From Eukaryota sp. TZLM1-RC (lineage: Eukaryota; Protista; Metamonada: BaSk clade), in assembly GCA_040285825.1 (NCBI GenBank), contig JAUPSS010000010.1:1238881-1302880 (forward strand): a stretch of 64,000 nt of DNA, in the 5' to 3' direction. The notes under the pieces are model-generated. The model was not told the origin of the DNA, did not search any database, and saw nothing but the letters and a program-made list of their open reading frames with translations. Made by a program: the position numbers and the translations under genes. This document shows, one piece after another, positions 33,232 to 44,950 of this stretch. Position 1 is the stretch's first letter. Each line of letters starts with the position of its first letter.

Positions 33232-35256
33232 ATGGAGGTTACAACACCTTCTTCTCCTCTGCGGCGCCTTCTTCGGCGTTTCAGTCCCAAAGGCCCGTCT
33301 TCATTTTTCACTCCAGACAACTCTGCGTCTCCGTCACAGTCTACTTTAATTAACCGACGTACTGCTGTTCCAAACTCATCTGCCCTCTATCCGTTAAGCT
33401 TCATCTCATGTCCTCTTTCAAACCAGCTGTTACCTGGTGAAGAACTTCTATTGCTAGTGTACTGCGACCTTATAGAAGCTGGTTGCTTCATTCCTGGAGA
33501 ACTCATCATTACTTCCTTCGCTTTACGTTTCAGACCCGCTTCTTCCCTCGTCCACAAGGCCATTATCATCCCTATAGCCTCCATTGACACCGTTTGGAAC
33601 ACCAGTCTGGACCTTAATGATAGTAAGATCAGTGTGATGGAGATTTCAACCAAATTGACTACAATAATAAGGGTTCACTTTGATTCTTCTGTAAAGGGAA
33701 AGAATCAATCAAAGTCAACCAATTCTGACCGATCACGTGTCTTGCAGTTACTTACCTCCCGAATGGATCCCACTCAGCCTGTACATTGCTTCTTTGCCTT
33801 TAACTTGGTTGCTCCTTCACTAACTTCATCTGCCATTGATGGATGGAAAATCTATGACCCGTTGCGAGAATTCAGAAGACTTGGTATGACTGCAGAAGAC
33901 TCTTCGTGGAGGGTCTGCACTGCTAATTCACATTATGAAATTTCTGCCACTTATCCCAAATTATTTATTGTTCCAAAAGATTTGTGCGACGAAGAAGTGC
34001 GAGCTGTTTCTCAGTTTCGGGTAAAGGGAAGACTTCCCGTAGCTATGTGGATGCACCAAACCACAAAAGCAACCCTTTGGCGGTGTTCTCAGCCAAGGAG
34101 TGGGTTGGTACTGACGAGGAGAAGTCCAGCGGATGAGAGGTTGGTAAGAGCGATCGTGGAAAGTGTGAATAGAGATGAGGTGGTAGAGGAGACCCCTTGT
34201 GATTTACGGCTACCATTGGAAGATGGACTAGAGGGTTTGGCCATACTTGATGAAGAGGAGAATGAATCAGTGGAGAGTGGAGGGGTAGAGGAAGCTGATC
34301 AATCAAATTTGATTGAGTACGTGCTTCCCGAGATTCCTTCTTGTCAACGGCCCGTGTTAATCATTGACTGCAGACCCCGAGCTACTGCAGTTCTTCATGG
34401 TTTCCTTGGCGCCGGCACCGAAACCAACTTTTACAAAGACACTCAGTTGCTTTTTGCAGATATCCCTAACATTCATGTGGTTCGAGAATCTTTTAAGAAA
34501 CTCAAATACCTGGTTGATGTCGAAAGAACTTCCCTGCACTCTCGAACTCCTTCCAATGCAGGCAGTCTTGTCTCAAAGTCTCATGCCTCTCCCGTAATGC
34601 TTCCCCCTGCTGTCTGTAAGGCTGTTAATAGAGATTCCAAGTTTTTGACGGCCTTGGATCAAACTAATTGGCTACGGTATATTCAGCTCATACTTGCTGC
34701 TTCAACTGTTTGTGCACAATCCCTTTGTGATGGGGTTCCAGTGATTGTTCATTGTACCCATGGGTTTGACAGAACTTCCCAAGTTTCTGCTCTTTCCCAG
34801 TTGATGGCTGATTCTTACTATAGAACCATCCACGGATTTGCTGTTCTTGTGGAAAAAGAGTTTGGTACTTCTGGAGCACCTTTGGGCAAAAGATCTATCG
34901 GAAAAGATTTATCCCAAAGAAGTCCAATTTTTATTCAATTTCTTGATTGTGTTTTTCAAATATTATCGCAGTATAGTGAATCTTTTGAATATACTGAAGA
35001 GTTTTTACGAGCTCTTGCTATTTTGTTTTACTCTGGTTCTTGTGGAACTTTTCTCTTTGACTGCGAAAAGGACCGTATCGAAAACAAAGCATCAGAACAC
35101 ACTGTTTCAGTTTGGAATCTACTTGCAATGGAAGGCGACAGGTTTGTAAATAAGAATTACTGCCCGCATTCCACCCCTGTCTGGCCAAAGCTTTCCTCAA
35201 TGTACATAAGATTATGGAGAAGTTTGTATCTTGGTTCTGAGGTTAGTGAACATTAG
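33232..35256 (+). CDS. Myotubularin-family phosphoinositide phosphatase
   Basis: PH-GRAM-like N-terminus; GWKIYDPLREFRRLG, TYP..FIVP, RCSQP, IPNIHVVRESF, VHCTHGFDRTSQV, SPIFIQFLDCV. Confidence 0.95.
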   Translation: MEVTTPSSPLRRLLRRFSPKGPSSFFTPDNSASPSQSTLINRRTAVPNSSALYPLSFISCPLSNQLLPGEELLLLVYCDLIEAGCFIPGELIITSFALRFRPASSLVHKAIIIPIASIDTVWNTSLDLNDSKISVMEISTKLTTIIRVHFDSSVKGKNQSKSTNSDRSRVLQLLTSRMDPTQPVHCFFAFNLVAPSLTSSAIDGWKIYDPLREFRRLGMTAEDSSWRVCTANSHYEISATYPKLFIVPKDLCDEEVRAVSQFRVKGRLPVAMWMHQTTKATLWRCSQPRSGLVLTRRSPADERLVRAIVESVNRDEVVEETPCDLRLPLEDGLEGLAILDEEENESVESGGVEEADQSNLIEYVLPEIPSCQRPVLIIDCRPRATAVLHGFLGAGTETNFYKDTQLLFADIPNIHVVRESFKKLKYLVDVERTSLHSRTPSNAGSLVSKSHASPVMLPPAVCKAVNRDSKFLTALDQTNWLRYIQLILAASTVCAQSLCDGVPVIVHCTHGFDRTSQVSALSQLMADSYYRTIHGFAVLVEKEFGTSGAPLGKRSIGKDLSQRSPIFIQFLDCVFQILSQYSESFEYTEEFLRALAILFYSGSCGTFLFDCEKDRIENKASEHTVSVWNLLAMEGDRFVNKNYCPHSTPVWPKLSSMYIRLWRSLYLGSEVSEH

Positions 35257-35647
35257 ACCTGGTGAAAATATTGTTATAAATACTTTGTTTTTTTGTAAAC
35301 ATTACTAATAAAAATTTCATTTGTTGACACAGACTGATGATAAATGCAAAACATCAAGTTGAAATAGGTATCTGTTGAGTTTGGATGCTGTATAAGCAGC
35401 TGGACGACCATGTACATTATTAAACGATTAGAACATTTCGTTGTTATGAAAAATACAATGTTGATTCCAACTGGAAAATATACAAAGACAAAGAAATGTA
35501 TGTTTCAATACATGATAGTGTTGAACTGCTCAACGTGAATCAATCACAAAAGGATGAATAGTCAGGAAACAAGAGAGTGTAATAGATCAAGCTTTATTCG
35601 AGCTATGATGTACAGTTATCCACAAAACACATAGAATTGACAGGTGA

Positions 35648-35919
35648 TTACCTGACTAAGAGGAGATTGTTGATGGGAATGAATATGAGCTTGACCACAA
35701 AACCTAAACCACCAATGACAGCAAATCCCATGGCTGTACTCTTAGCAAGTTGTTTCAACTCTGGAATAAGAAAAAGACGCTGACTATACCGTTGGAATCA
35801 GGTTTAGAACACTTGTTCCACAACATCTTGACATCACGAACACCTTTATAAACTGATGTGCGGGTTTTCTGAACAGAAGTAGGTGTAGATGGAGACTTTT
35901 GAGGTTTAGATACAGACAT
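35648..35919 (-). CDS. SEC61G: Sec61 translocon gamma subunit (80 aa); intron 35761-35789
   Basis: Spliced product ...NKCSKPDSNELKQLAKSTAMGFAVIGGLGFVVKLIFIPINNLLLVR* matches the Sec61gamma/Sss1 signature. Confidence 0.92.
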
Positions 35920-36009
35920 GACTGGATGAAGTGTGACTTTTGTCTTTCAACTAAAGATTCATTTAGTTGTCTGTCTTGTCCACCTGGACGTTTCCACCTT
36001 ATTTGTGAT

Positions 36010-36840
36010 ATGCAACCTAAAGCTGATAGCTGTCTACTTGACAATGTAACAGTTAAATTCTTGCTTAACGATGGGCGTCATTGTTCACTTAATTGTGACC
36101 TTCCATCTGTAACAGTACATGCTCTTGAAGACCAAGTACGTTTTGAATTTGGATTACCCCAACGCAGCAGGGTTCGTCTCATTCATGCAGGACAAGTCAT
36201 TCGCTCAAGCAATCTTACTCTAAACAAAATTAATCCTCCATTACTCCACGGCTCAACGATACACTGCACTTTCTCCACTGTAAAACCTCTCCCTGCCATC
36301 CCTACCCCTTCCGACATACCAGAGTCATCAATAAGAGGTTTCGCTAGACTTTTGAACGCTGGTGTTTCTGAAGATGAAGTGCTCATCACCCGGCTGCAGT
36401 TCTACATATTTAGACAACGTGCCCTGACGCCAGACGCGGTTCCCTGCAATCGTAATGAAATGCTCCGACTTGAAGATTCTTGGATTGATAATTCATTGGA
36501 CCATAATAACTCCAACTCCTCTCTTTCAGAAGCTCTTATGAACATCGACATTGACCCTTCTATTGGGATGACCGGGAGGACAAACACTTCGTCTAGTAGA
36601 CTGGCTAGGGTGATGGCATCTGAGTTGAGGTCGGTAGAAGCAGAAACGAGAGAGTTTCATGATGGTGATTCTTTGGATTTTTTGTTGGGATTTTTGATTG
36701 GTTTTTCTTATCTATTTGGGTTTGTTTTTCTGGCATTCGAACAGAATCTGTCAAAAGAATTTCGGTTAGGGATGGTATTTGGAGTTTTTGGAATCTTAAC
36801 CTTTTCTTTACTAAGATTTTGGTCATTTGCGGGATTTTAG
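36010..36840 (+). CDS. Dsc3-like protein (ubiquitin-like domain + DUF2407 C-terminus, 2 TM)
   Basis: VRLIHAGQ, IHC, RGFARLLNAG.S..E....R.QF, LED.WID, DFLLGFLIGF. Start placed at ATG 36010 because the TTG ORF start overlaps SEC61G. Confidence 0.75.
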   Translation: MQPKADSCLLDNVTVKFLLNDGRHCSLNCDLPSVTVHALEDQVRFEFGLPQRSRVRLIHAGQVIRSSNLTLNKINPPLLHGSTIHCTFSTVKPLPAIPTPSDIPESSIRGFARLLNAGVSEDEVLITRLQFYIFRQRALTPDAVPCNRNEMLRLEDSWIDNSLDHNNSNSSLSEALMNIDIDPSIGMTGRTNTSSSRLARVMASELRSVEAETREFHDGDSLDFLLGFLIGFSYLFGFVFLAFEQNLSKEFRLGMVFGVFGILTFSLLRFWSFAGF

Positions 36841-36947
36841 CTTGTGTAAATTTAATTGTATATACTGGTGATCTTTTCTTATTAATTGTAAACAATACAA
36901 TCTTGAAATTTATTAATTAATTAAAGTACATTTAAAGTAAAATTAAA

Positions 36948-38366
36948 TCACCTATTTGCCTTTCTTGATTTATTAGAAGTATTGGGTTTTTCCACTTCAA
37001 TATCATTAGGATCATACTGAATGTTTCGCTCTATTGCATCCAATTGAGGACTAGCTTGACAATATCTGTTAGACTTTGGTGTAAGCAACAGATTTTGGCA
37101 GGTTTTAATCAAGTCTTGGTGTGTCTGATCCATTTCTGATTTAAACTGATTGATTTCATGCGAAACTTGCTCTTTTAATTGACTGATTAGTTCCTTTCCA
37201 GTCAGATTCAATATCTTTCGTAGTGATTGCGAAACATCATGATTAGAATCCAATGAGCAATCACCACAATCAATCAAATTGATTAAAACTGACAACACAT
37301 CAGGAGCATTCTTACATAATTCTTGCAACAACGGGTCTGGGTGATTAGGGTCATTAGCATTGGTGTTCGAATTCGAAATAGAACCCACTAAGGAAACAGA
37401 AATGGAAAACAACTTTTTGAAATTTTCTTCAACAATATTAGATTTTTTTGATAAAAGAGTTAGTAATCGTTTAAGTTCAACAATTTCAACAGACATTAAA
37501 TCATTTTCTTTTGATAAACTTGCCTTTTCTTGGGCCAATTGAGCATTATACTTTGTCAGATTTTCACACAAATAATCTTTCTTTGTTAATGATTGGTTAC
37601 AATTTCTCAACTCTTGTAATAATTCACTATTTTGAGCGCTCAAAAGCTGGACCTTCTTTGACTGTCCCTTAACCTCTCTTGACTCAATCTCTTTGTAAAG
37701 CAACTCTTTTTCCTTAGACAAATGCTCCACAGTTTCTTCACTTCTTTTCAACTTTGCTAATAATTCAATGCTGTCAGTTGAAGCACTTTCAAGACCAGTA
37801 AATGAACTAAGTGAGGTTAACTCAAAGATAGAGTTTTCAAGAAAGCCATCAAGCTTGTCTGTTGCAACAAAGGGAAGAAAATTGGCTTCTACTTCAACAA
37901 AATCTTTCATTCTTGCCAATAAAGCGGATTTATTGTTATTTATATTAATTAATTCGTTCTGGAGAGCAGATACGATTTCCAATAAGCTTTCATTCGAGTC
38001 AAGCTTCCTTTCTAGCAGGGCGTTACTGTTGTAGTGGTCTTCTCTTTGCTTGTAAAATTCCACTTCTTTCTTTAGCTTGCTATTCTCCTCCAGTAAATCC
38101 TCAATTGACCCATGTTGTTTGATCACTTGGGATAAAGCAACATTGGACTCGTACGATGAGATCTGGTCTCTGAGAGTGAATACTAACTTTTCAAGCATAG
38201 ATAGTTTTCTTTGAATGAGTTGTGAAACGGAGAGGTCAGACAGGGCAGTAATGGCAGAGTCTTTTGGAGAGGACATGAGAGTTGAGATGTCATGTTCCAA
38301 CTGCAAGATTGATCGCTGAAGGGAGACTTTGGAAAAGTCATTTTCCAAGGAGTGGTCGTTATTCAT
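36948..38366 (-). CDS. Coiled-coil hypothetical protein
   Basis: 472-aa ORF rich in L/E/K/Q heptads. Confidence 0.75.
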   Translation of the reverse strand: MNNDHSLENDFSKVSLQRSILQLEHDISTLMSSPKDSAITALSDLSVSQLIQRKLSMLEKLVFTLRDQISSYESNVALSQVIKQHGSIEDLLEENSKLKKEVEFYKQREDHYNSNALLERKLDSNESLLEIVSALQNELININNNKSALLARMKDFVEVEANFLPFVATDKLDGFLENSIFELTSLSSFTGLESASTDSIELLAKLKRSEETVEHLSKEKELLYKEIESREVKGQSKKVQLLSAQNSELLQELRNCNQSLTKKDYLCENLTKYNAQLAQEKASLSKENDLMSVEIVELKRLLTLLSKKSNIVEENFKKLFSISVSLVGSISNSNTNANDPNHPDPLLQELCKNAPDVLSVLINLIDCGDCSLDSNHDVSQSLRKILNLTGKELISQLKEQVSHEINQFKSEMDQTHQDLIKTCQNLLLTPKSNRYCQASPQLDAIERNIQYDPNDIEVEKPNTSNKSRKANR

Positions 38367-38402
38367 TGTTCAAGAGAATGGAAAATGATGGATTTTCCCT
38401 AA

Positions 38403-38890
38403 AAATGCATTCTTTATCTGAAATGTCAATTCCAATACTTCCACATCCACATGACTAAACTTAACCATCCGGAGATGATAGGCTTAGATCAAAATACGTT
38501 GGATTTGAAGACTCTTATTGAGGTCTTCTAAAAGCTAGGGGTCTTGTGTTCAAAAAGTACTCGCTTACTGCAATCTCCCACTGGTTTGTCGATGCAGATA
38601 TCTCTTGACCAATCCATCCCACATTCTGGACATTCGAAATAGGCTTTAGACTTTTTCCTCTCTCCATTCTGTATGAAGTAAAGGTTTTCATGGAAAACTT
38701 TGCAGCAGTTCACTTTGTTAGATGTCTAGTCTTCATCGCCACCCTTCACGGGTGAAAATCGACCCTTGAGATACTTAAGAAAACGCTTTCTTGGTGTTTT
38801 CACACTTTGACGGGATGATCCATCACCTCCTTCCCGAAACCAATCAATTGCTTCACGCTTTTCAGCCATGTCTTTGATTTTCTGGACCAA
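38403..38890 (-). pseudogene. Fanzor family-A relative, C-terminal fragment plus conserved 3' non-coding end
   Basis: WF..GGDGSSRQSVKTPRKRFLKYL, GDED*TS.K.NCCK, FECPECGMDWSRDI; collinear with 15380-15719. Confidence 0.85.
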
Positions 38891-39520
38891 TTTTTTTTGT
38901 AAGTTTTAATTTGTTACTTTCAAAAAACTAAACACAAAAATTAAAATTCTAAATCTTCATATCCCAAATCTGCCAATCAAAATTGACTGGAAGTTTTCAC
39001 TTCATAAAAGCGATCAAGAGATAATAAAGCAGAAGACAATAACGATACAAGACCTTTGAAAATTGAAAATACAATTCTGTTCTGCCAAAACGTTTTGTCA
39101 AAAATTCTTCCTGTACATTGTTTTACAATTTCAACAAAATCATCCAAAAAAGATAAAGCAAGTGGTCCAAGTGTACCATGTAAGGAAAAAGCAACAGGAC
39201 AAAGGACATAATGATGTGAGATGCAGCATTCAAGGAAACCAACTTTGATTTATATTTATCAATTTTAGAGTTTTCAGCAAGACAGCGGATTCTTGTGTTT
39301 TGACTGAGCTAATGGTATGAAAGAATTATTACACACATCAGTTAATCTCACATCAGTAATGATAGTGGTCCCATCAAGTCCTTCAAGCATTAAATCACCT
39401 CTGTTACGACCAAAAGAATTCAAAGTGTCCTAATCAACCAAACGAGAAAGTAATGGTTCCAAATAAGAGACAATTCTGTGAGACTTAGACATACAATAGA
39501 GCTGATCTCTAAATGCATCA
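38890..39520 (-). mobile_element. Decayed family-C non-LTR 3' fragment
   Basis: Reverse strand retains DAFRDQLY, FGRNRGDL, LCPCCFFL.GTLG and FWQNRIVF-like segments. Confidence 0.7.
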
Positions 39521-40030
39521 TGGACTTTTGATCAAAAAGTCATCAAATGATCCTTCAAACAATTCAAACAATGCAATGTATATCAATCGTATGTCAGTTA
39601 TCCACTGAATAAGTTTTTGACCAGCTGTTTTGAGTGATTTTCTCAATCCTAGACCTCGAGAGTGCTTTGCTTCCTTTTGCCACTTGTTTTTGCGGTCCAA
39701 TCCCCAAACGATCACAGTATCTGTATCATCATCAATTAATCTGACGTCTAATGTACTAATCCAGATGGCCTCATTCTTTTGTTGAGTTATATCTTCAAAC
39801 ACAATTTGGTGTCTAAGCAATTCCTATTGGTGAATGGGGAAGCAGTTCATTCTGAACCAATTTCACTTAGAATTTATGCATGTATTGTTCAACATTCCAA
39901 GGATTTTGATGACAAGTCTGATAATTTATCAGATATTTATTTAGAGTGCACAGATTGAGATAGTTTGAGATCAGCTTCATTGACTTGTTTTATTCTAATA
40001 ACAGAAGGTTTGGGATCTTTACTTTTATTT
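39520..40030 (-). pseudogene. Possible decayed Fanzor fragment (bridge-helix/RuvC-II region)
   Basis: DTVIVWG...KHSRGLGLRKSLKTAG resembles DTLILMGD...PTRGIGWIQFLKRNG of family B. Confidence 0.45.
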
Positions 40031-40884
40031 GGATTGGAAGGGTACAAAACAAATACAGTTTAATCTAATAGTAGCATAAATGTACAATTGATTTAAAACA
40101 AAAGTTCTTCGCTGGTCACACAATCAAACGCAGATTATTTTTATTCGAAACACCATTTAATTTTAATGATTCAGAACAACGTCAAAATAATTCATCAATA
40201 GTGGTGTTATTTCTCGACACAAGTGACCATTTTTTACAACTATTATGAATTAATTGGTAGCAATTAAGAGCAAATACTTTCAATGTTGAATCCATCAGAT
40301 AAAAATAATATTGATAGTGTTCCTTTTAAAATGATTGTTGCTTTTCGTGCAAAAATAAAATAAAAAATAAAAACATGATGAAGTGATACATTCCTAAAAC
40401 GGAAGATCACGTGTAGCTACGGCTAACATGATAAGACGATGACCACACTAATTCTTCCTGTCTAGATATTGAGATATATGAATCTGAAAAAGAAATCTAC
40501 TGTTCCCAGTACAAAGCTAAACCAATTTGAGACTCAATGGACCGCACTACAAACCCTGTTATTACAAGAAGACAAATTCGATTCAAATGAATATGATGAC
40601 AGTAGTTGGTCATATTATTAGAGATATTATCGTTAATTCATGTAGATACACGGGAAAGAGGGAAAGATACAACACTTTTGTCTTTGCAGGGACTACATTC
40701 TCGTTGTACAAGGTGAACATAGCACCCTGTAATAAGGATTAGTGATAGAGACAAATGGATGTCTTCTAAATGAAAGAAGATTGTTGTTTTGGCAACCAGA
40801 AGATTAGACGGCCTCAATAAAAGGAATGGGTTGAATTATTTGTTATCGATTAAATTGGAGATCAAAATAGGAATCTTCTTAATC

Positions 40885-42060
40885 ATGACTATCAGTCTAC
40901 CTTACTGCTTAAATGAGTATGTGTTGGAACAGTTGCTTCATGAAGGTCGCCAGGGTACAGTGTATTCGGGATTACACAGTCCCTCCGGAAGAAAGCTGGT
41001 GTTCAAACTGCTGCCCATGAACTGCACAAAGCTCGAAACACCTGAATCTGCTATTTGTTATGAATTGGTTCTACTCAAATACCTCCAACACCCATTGATT
41101 GTCACTTTGTATGAAGCCATAAGTCTGCCAGATGCAACACTCATGGTGATGGAATACTGTGCTGGATCCGACCTGTTCAATGTAGTCAGCCGAAAAGGCA
41201 GATTCAATAGCCAAACAGCCGGAAGAATATTGTTTTTTCTAGTGGCGGCACTGGAATACATTCATAGCCAAAGGGTCTACCACCGAGACCTGAAATTAGG
41301 TATGGTAATTGCACAAGATTTACTGACCATAGAAAACATTTTATTGGATGACAAGGGAACCCCTAAACTTTGCGATTTTGGGCTAAGTATCAAAACCAAA
41401 CAGAAGCTAAACTCACGATGTGGGTCACCTCATTATTGTAGTCCAGAGGTTTACGCCCAAAAAGAGTTTCATGGAGCTCCGGCAGACGTGTATTCTCTTG
41501 GAGTCTGTTTGTTTGTTCTGCTGACAGGTCGGTATCCCTATGATCACCGTTCTTTGTCACGATTGTCTAAACTAGTGCGAGAGGGCAATCTCAGGTTTCC
41601 TTCGTGTATTCCTCCTTCAGCAAGAGAACTTCTGCAAGGTATGCTGTATGGAGAGCCTAATAAGCGATTCTCTCTTTCTCAAATCAAAAGTTCCTCATTC
41701 TACCGTCAGTTTTGTTCCATGCATCGTATTCCTCCACCTGCCACTAAACTTACTGCATACATGATAGTACAAGGACCTCTGAGAGAGGCAATAGAACATG
41801 TAGGCATTTCAGTGAAATCAGTTCAGGAGGAGCTTCGACGTGGTAATTATTACTGTTCCGTGATTGCTTCGACTCAGTTACTGCTGCTGAATATTGGATC
41901 AGTATCAATGTCATTTGAACTTAGCTTACCTCATGATATCTCTTTAAGCAGGATTAGAGCTCCACAAATACTGAATCCACCACTGTTCAAGGTCGATGAA
42001 CGCAAGGAGTTTGTATCGGAACAACTACCACCAATTTCAAGGAAAACTGTTGGTGTGTGA
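40885..42060 (+). CDS. Ser/Thr kinase, CAMK/SNF1-like; in-frame 33-nt intron 41300-41332
   Basis: HRDLKL|ENILL restored by splicing; DFG, CGSPHYCSPE, DVYSLGV. Confidence 0.92.
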   Translation: MTISLPYCLNEYVLEQLLHEGRQGTVYSGLHSPSGRKLVFKLLPMNCTKLETPESAICYELVLLKYLQHPLIVTLYEAISLPDATLMVMEYCAGSDLFNVVSRKGRFNSQTAGRILFFLVAALEYIHSQRVYHRDLKLGMVIAQDLLTIENILLDDKGTPKLCDFGLSIKTKQKLNSRCGSPHYCSPEVYAQKEFHGAPADVYSLGVCLFVLLTGRYPYDHRSLSRLSKLVREGNLRFPSCIPPSARELLQGMLYGEPNKRFSLSQIKSSSFYRQFCSMHRIPPPATKLTAYMIVQGPLREAIEHVGISVKSVQEELRRGNYYCSVIASTQLLLLNIGSVSMSFELSLPHDISLSRIRAPQILNPPLFKVDERKEFVSEQLPPISRKTVGV

Positions 42061-42169
42061 ATTTTGATTTTTTGTTTACTGTTTTTTTGTTCAGGCTATC
42101 TGCCTGAAAGATATGCAATTAATTTAATTTAATTACTCATCAGATAAAATCATAAGAAAAATTTGAATT

Positions 42170-43290
42170 TTATTTTTGAATATCTTCTCAGTTAATCGTT
42201 TCTCTGAAAATATTCATTTGCTTAGTCCATCATTTTCAAAATATTTGTATGACCTTGATGTTGGTGTTTATAAAATTGCATCAGAAATTTATTGTCAATG
42301 TTTTCCTGACTCAGTTCAAGAGATTCCTTCACGAAATTTGGTTAATTTAAGCTATTGTGTGAAGAAGCTTCAACAAAAACTGACAATAATATTTGAAGGC
42401 TTGGATTATGAAATCGTCTTGGTATGGTCAAGAAAAGAAATCCCGCTTTTGCAAATTTTTTACTGGATGTTTGCGATAATTCTGTCTCTGGTTTAATTTA
42501 TCAAGTAACAAGAATTTATGGTTTGTTTATCAATGACCCTTGCTTTTTATTATCTATGTGTCTTCGATTTTTTTGGCCTGATAATCTTCCTCATGGATTA
42601 TTTGTAAATGTGGAAAGTCTGTCACTCCAACCCATTTATTCAATTGTAATCGATTTATTACTCTAGATCAAAAGTGCATGATGCAGTTCGTGATCAGCTT
42701 TATTGTATGTCCTACAAAATTGAATTTTTTTAAACCTTTGCTTTCAAATTTGGCTGATAAATCTGACAGAAGTCCTTTTGGTGACAGCCGTGGCGATGTG
42801 TTTGTTCCCGAACTCGATAGATCAATGATCATTATTGACGTCAGTTCTACTGATGTTTCAAACAGCTCAAATGAAAAACTGGCACAATCTTAAATTTCAC
42901 CTTTACGAGGAGCTGAAAAAGCGAAAATTATTAAGTACACAGAAAAAATCAATTATCTGAATTCCAATTCACATACTCAATGCATTTTTTGTCCTTTTGA
43001 TTTTTCCTAATTTGGAACCTTGGGTAAAACTGCGTTATCTTTGTTGGACGATTTTTCATTTATTGTCAAAAATAGAACTGAAAGAGTATTTGACCGAATT
43101 TTTTGGCAAAACAAAAATGTTTCTTCTATTTTTAAGCCTATGTATAGTCTTGTTTCTAGCTCATTGTTATCACTAGGATAATTTTATGAAGAAAAAGCTG
43201 TAGGTAAGTTTTCCATAGTAGATGTGGAGTATAAGGAGATAGTTTTTTAGTTTTTAAAATTTTGTTTGAATAAAATATGTATCAAAAAAC
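42170..43290 (+). mobile_element. Decayed family-C non-LTR retrotransposon 3' part
   Basis: GDSRGDVFVP.LDRSMIIIDV.STDV; matches 61490-62020. Confidence 0.85.
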
Positions 43291-43769
43291 ATTTGAATTT
43301 GGGGTAATTTAGCCAATCCACTACAAATATAGATGCTTGGGTGAGTGGCAAAAACATGAAATAATGTAGATTTTTTTAACGAACTAATAATTGATCCTAA
43401 ACCATTTTTCAGAATGTTTCTATATTGTAAAATTCAGTCAATGTGTATTCAGTTACTCTGAGGTCATGGAATCCTTGTAAAGTGCTGAACTGTTTTATAT
43501 AAGTTGTTGGTGATGAGATTTGGTTTGCTGTCAATTGTTTACATTAATTTACTTATTTACCAACGTCTAAATAGCTTATCTTTCATAAATCAACACCGCT
43601 CGATGCAACTCTTTCATAGTGTTAACATTTGTTGCAATTTTTCAAAACAGTACCTCAAATTAACTAATGTTCTAGGTGTTATTTCCTGCACATTATCAGA
43701 AAAACATTTACTCCAGATTTCAGTAGGCAAGCAATCAAGGGCAATTTCACGGTCTATTGAATAATCATT

Positions 43770-44950
43770 GCTTGTAAAATTCATTAATATCTCGACAAAA
43801 GATTCAATCTTATTTGGCGACCGATAAACAAGTCGAAGCGATCATGGCGTATAACTTTTCTTTTTCTTTGATGTAGGTGGTGATCAGTAAACTCTTTCTT
43901 TCATTGTTGCCTTCTGAAGATTCAAATTAAAACACTGTTCCAATTCAGTAGGCTGAGTAACATCGATCAACTCTGCTGCCAATGCAATCAGATACTGATA
44001 TAGCCCGGAACGGAATTACATTATGGTGTCAGTTGCCTCAACGAAGAATACAACGTCATTGAGTGACACTGGGTGAAAGGATAACGCTTGAATTGACTGG
44101 TCTACAAGCTTGACCAATTGTCCAGCCCATTAGATTACTGTATTCGGGGACCATGGCCACAACCAAAGGGCTGAAATTTTTGGAAGGCTTTTGTTGCTGA
44201 CTGGTATTTCTGGTTTTCTGAGCCTGGTGACTTTCTTCTGTATTGTCTTGGACTTCTTGATATGAGTAGCGAGGGAGTCTATATTTCAATAGCTCTAGTC
44301 TTTTTTATTTCGTTAGTCGTGCGCCGTTTGCGAGTAGGCTTGAAGTTATGTGAAAAGAGAAATCGCAAGCTTACACCGTCAATGTCCATAGAGTACTCTG
44401 GGTATCTGTCTCGAGATAAACCGAAATAGCAATAAAAGCACACCAGGAGCTGATTGTAATGGTTTCTGAAAGCAAAGACATTGATGGTTTGTTGGTTTAA
44501 GTTAACAAAGCCTGGGACGTAATTCGAGAAATGAGACAGGGCGAATCTTTTCATCCTGACAGGAAAAACATCCTCCAAAAATATCAATATGGTTAAGCCG
44601 CGTTATATGGGAACAAAATGAAACCTCATTGGATAGTCGCATGATGGATTCTGTGAGGATAGGCTCAAAGGTGCGCAGGTCACTATTGTAGGGGACATCA
44701 ACACTAATGTCCAACAAAGCTTCCCATCCAAAAAATTGGCAAAGACTCGTTTGTTTTATCAATAACTGTACAATAATCACGGGAGATGTTTGTGTGCAGG
44801 ATTGACAAGGTTTGATTAAACTCGTCTTGACATTAGTTGCCAATTGACGAGTCCGACAAGCAAGGTAGGGAGTAGATACATTCCTATTAGTGAAATTGCA
44901 TCTTTGTAAGTGCAGCCAATCATTAAGGAAAAAATTGAATGAATTGCTTA
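43770..44950 (-). pseudogene. Decayed Fanzor related to family A (N-terminal to bridge-helix region)
   Basis: DIDGVSLRFLF wedge motif; VVAMVPEYSNL (degenerate RuvC-I); RKVIRHDRFDLFIGRQ resembles RKALRRNTFDFFIRKQ at ~15280-15320. Confidence 0.6.

Noticed and set aside
35899-36009. Cys-rich N-terminal extension of the Dsc3-like ORF
   Set aside because: Begins at a TTG overlapping the SEC61G start; more likely intergenic.
40380-40790. Possible small spliced gene upstream of the kinase
   Set aside because: Coding-like composition, but no consistent exon model or motif.
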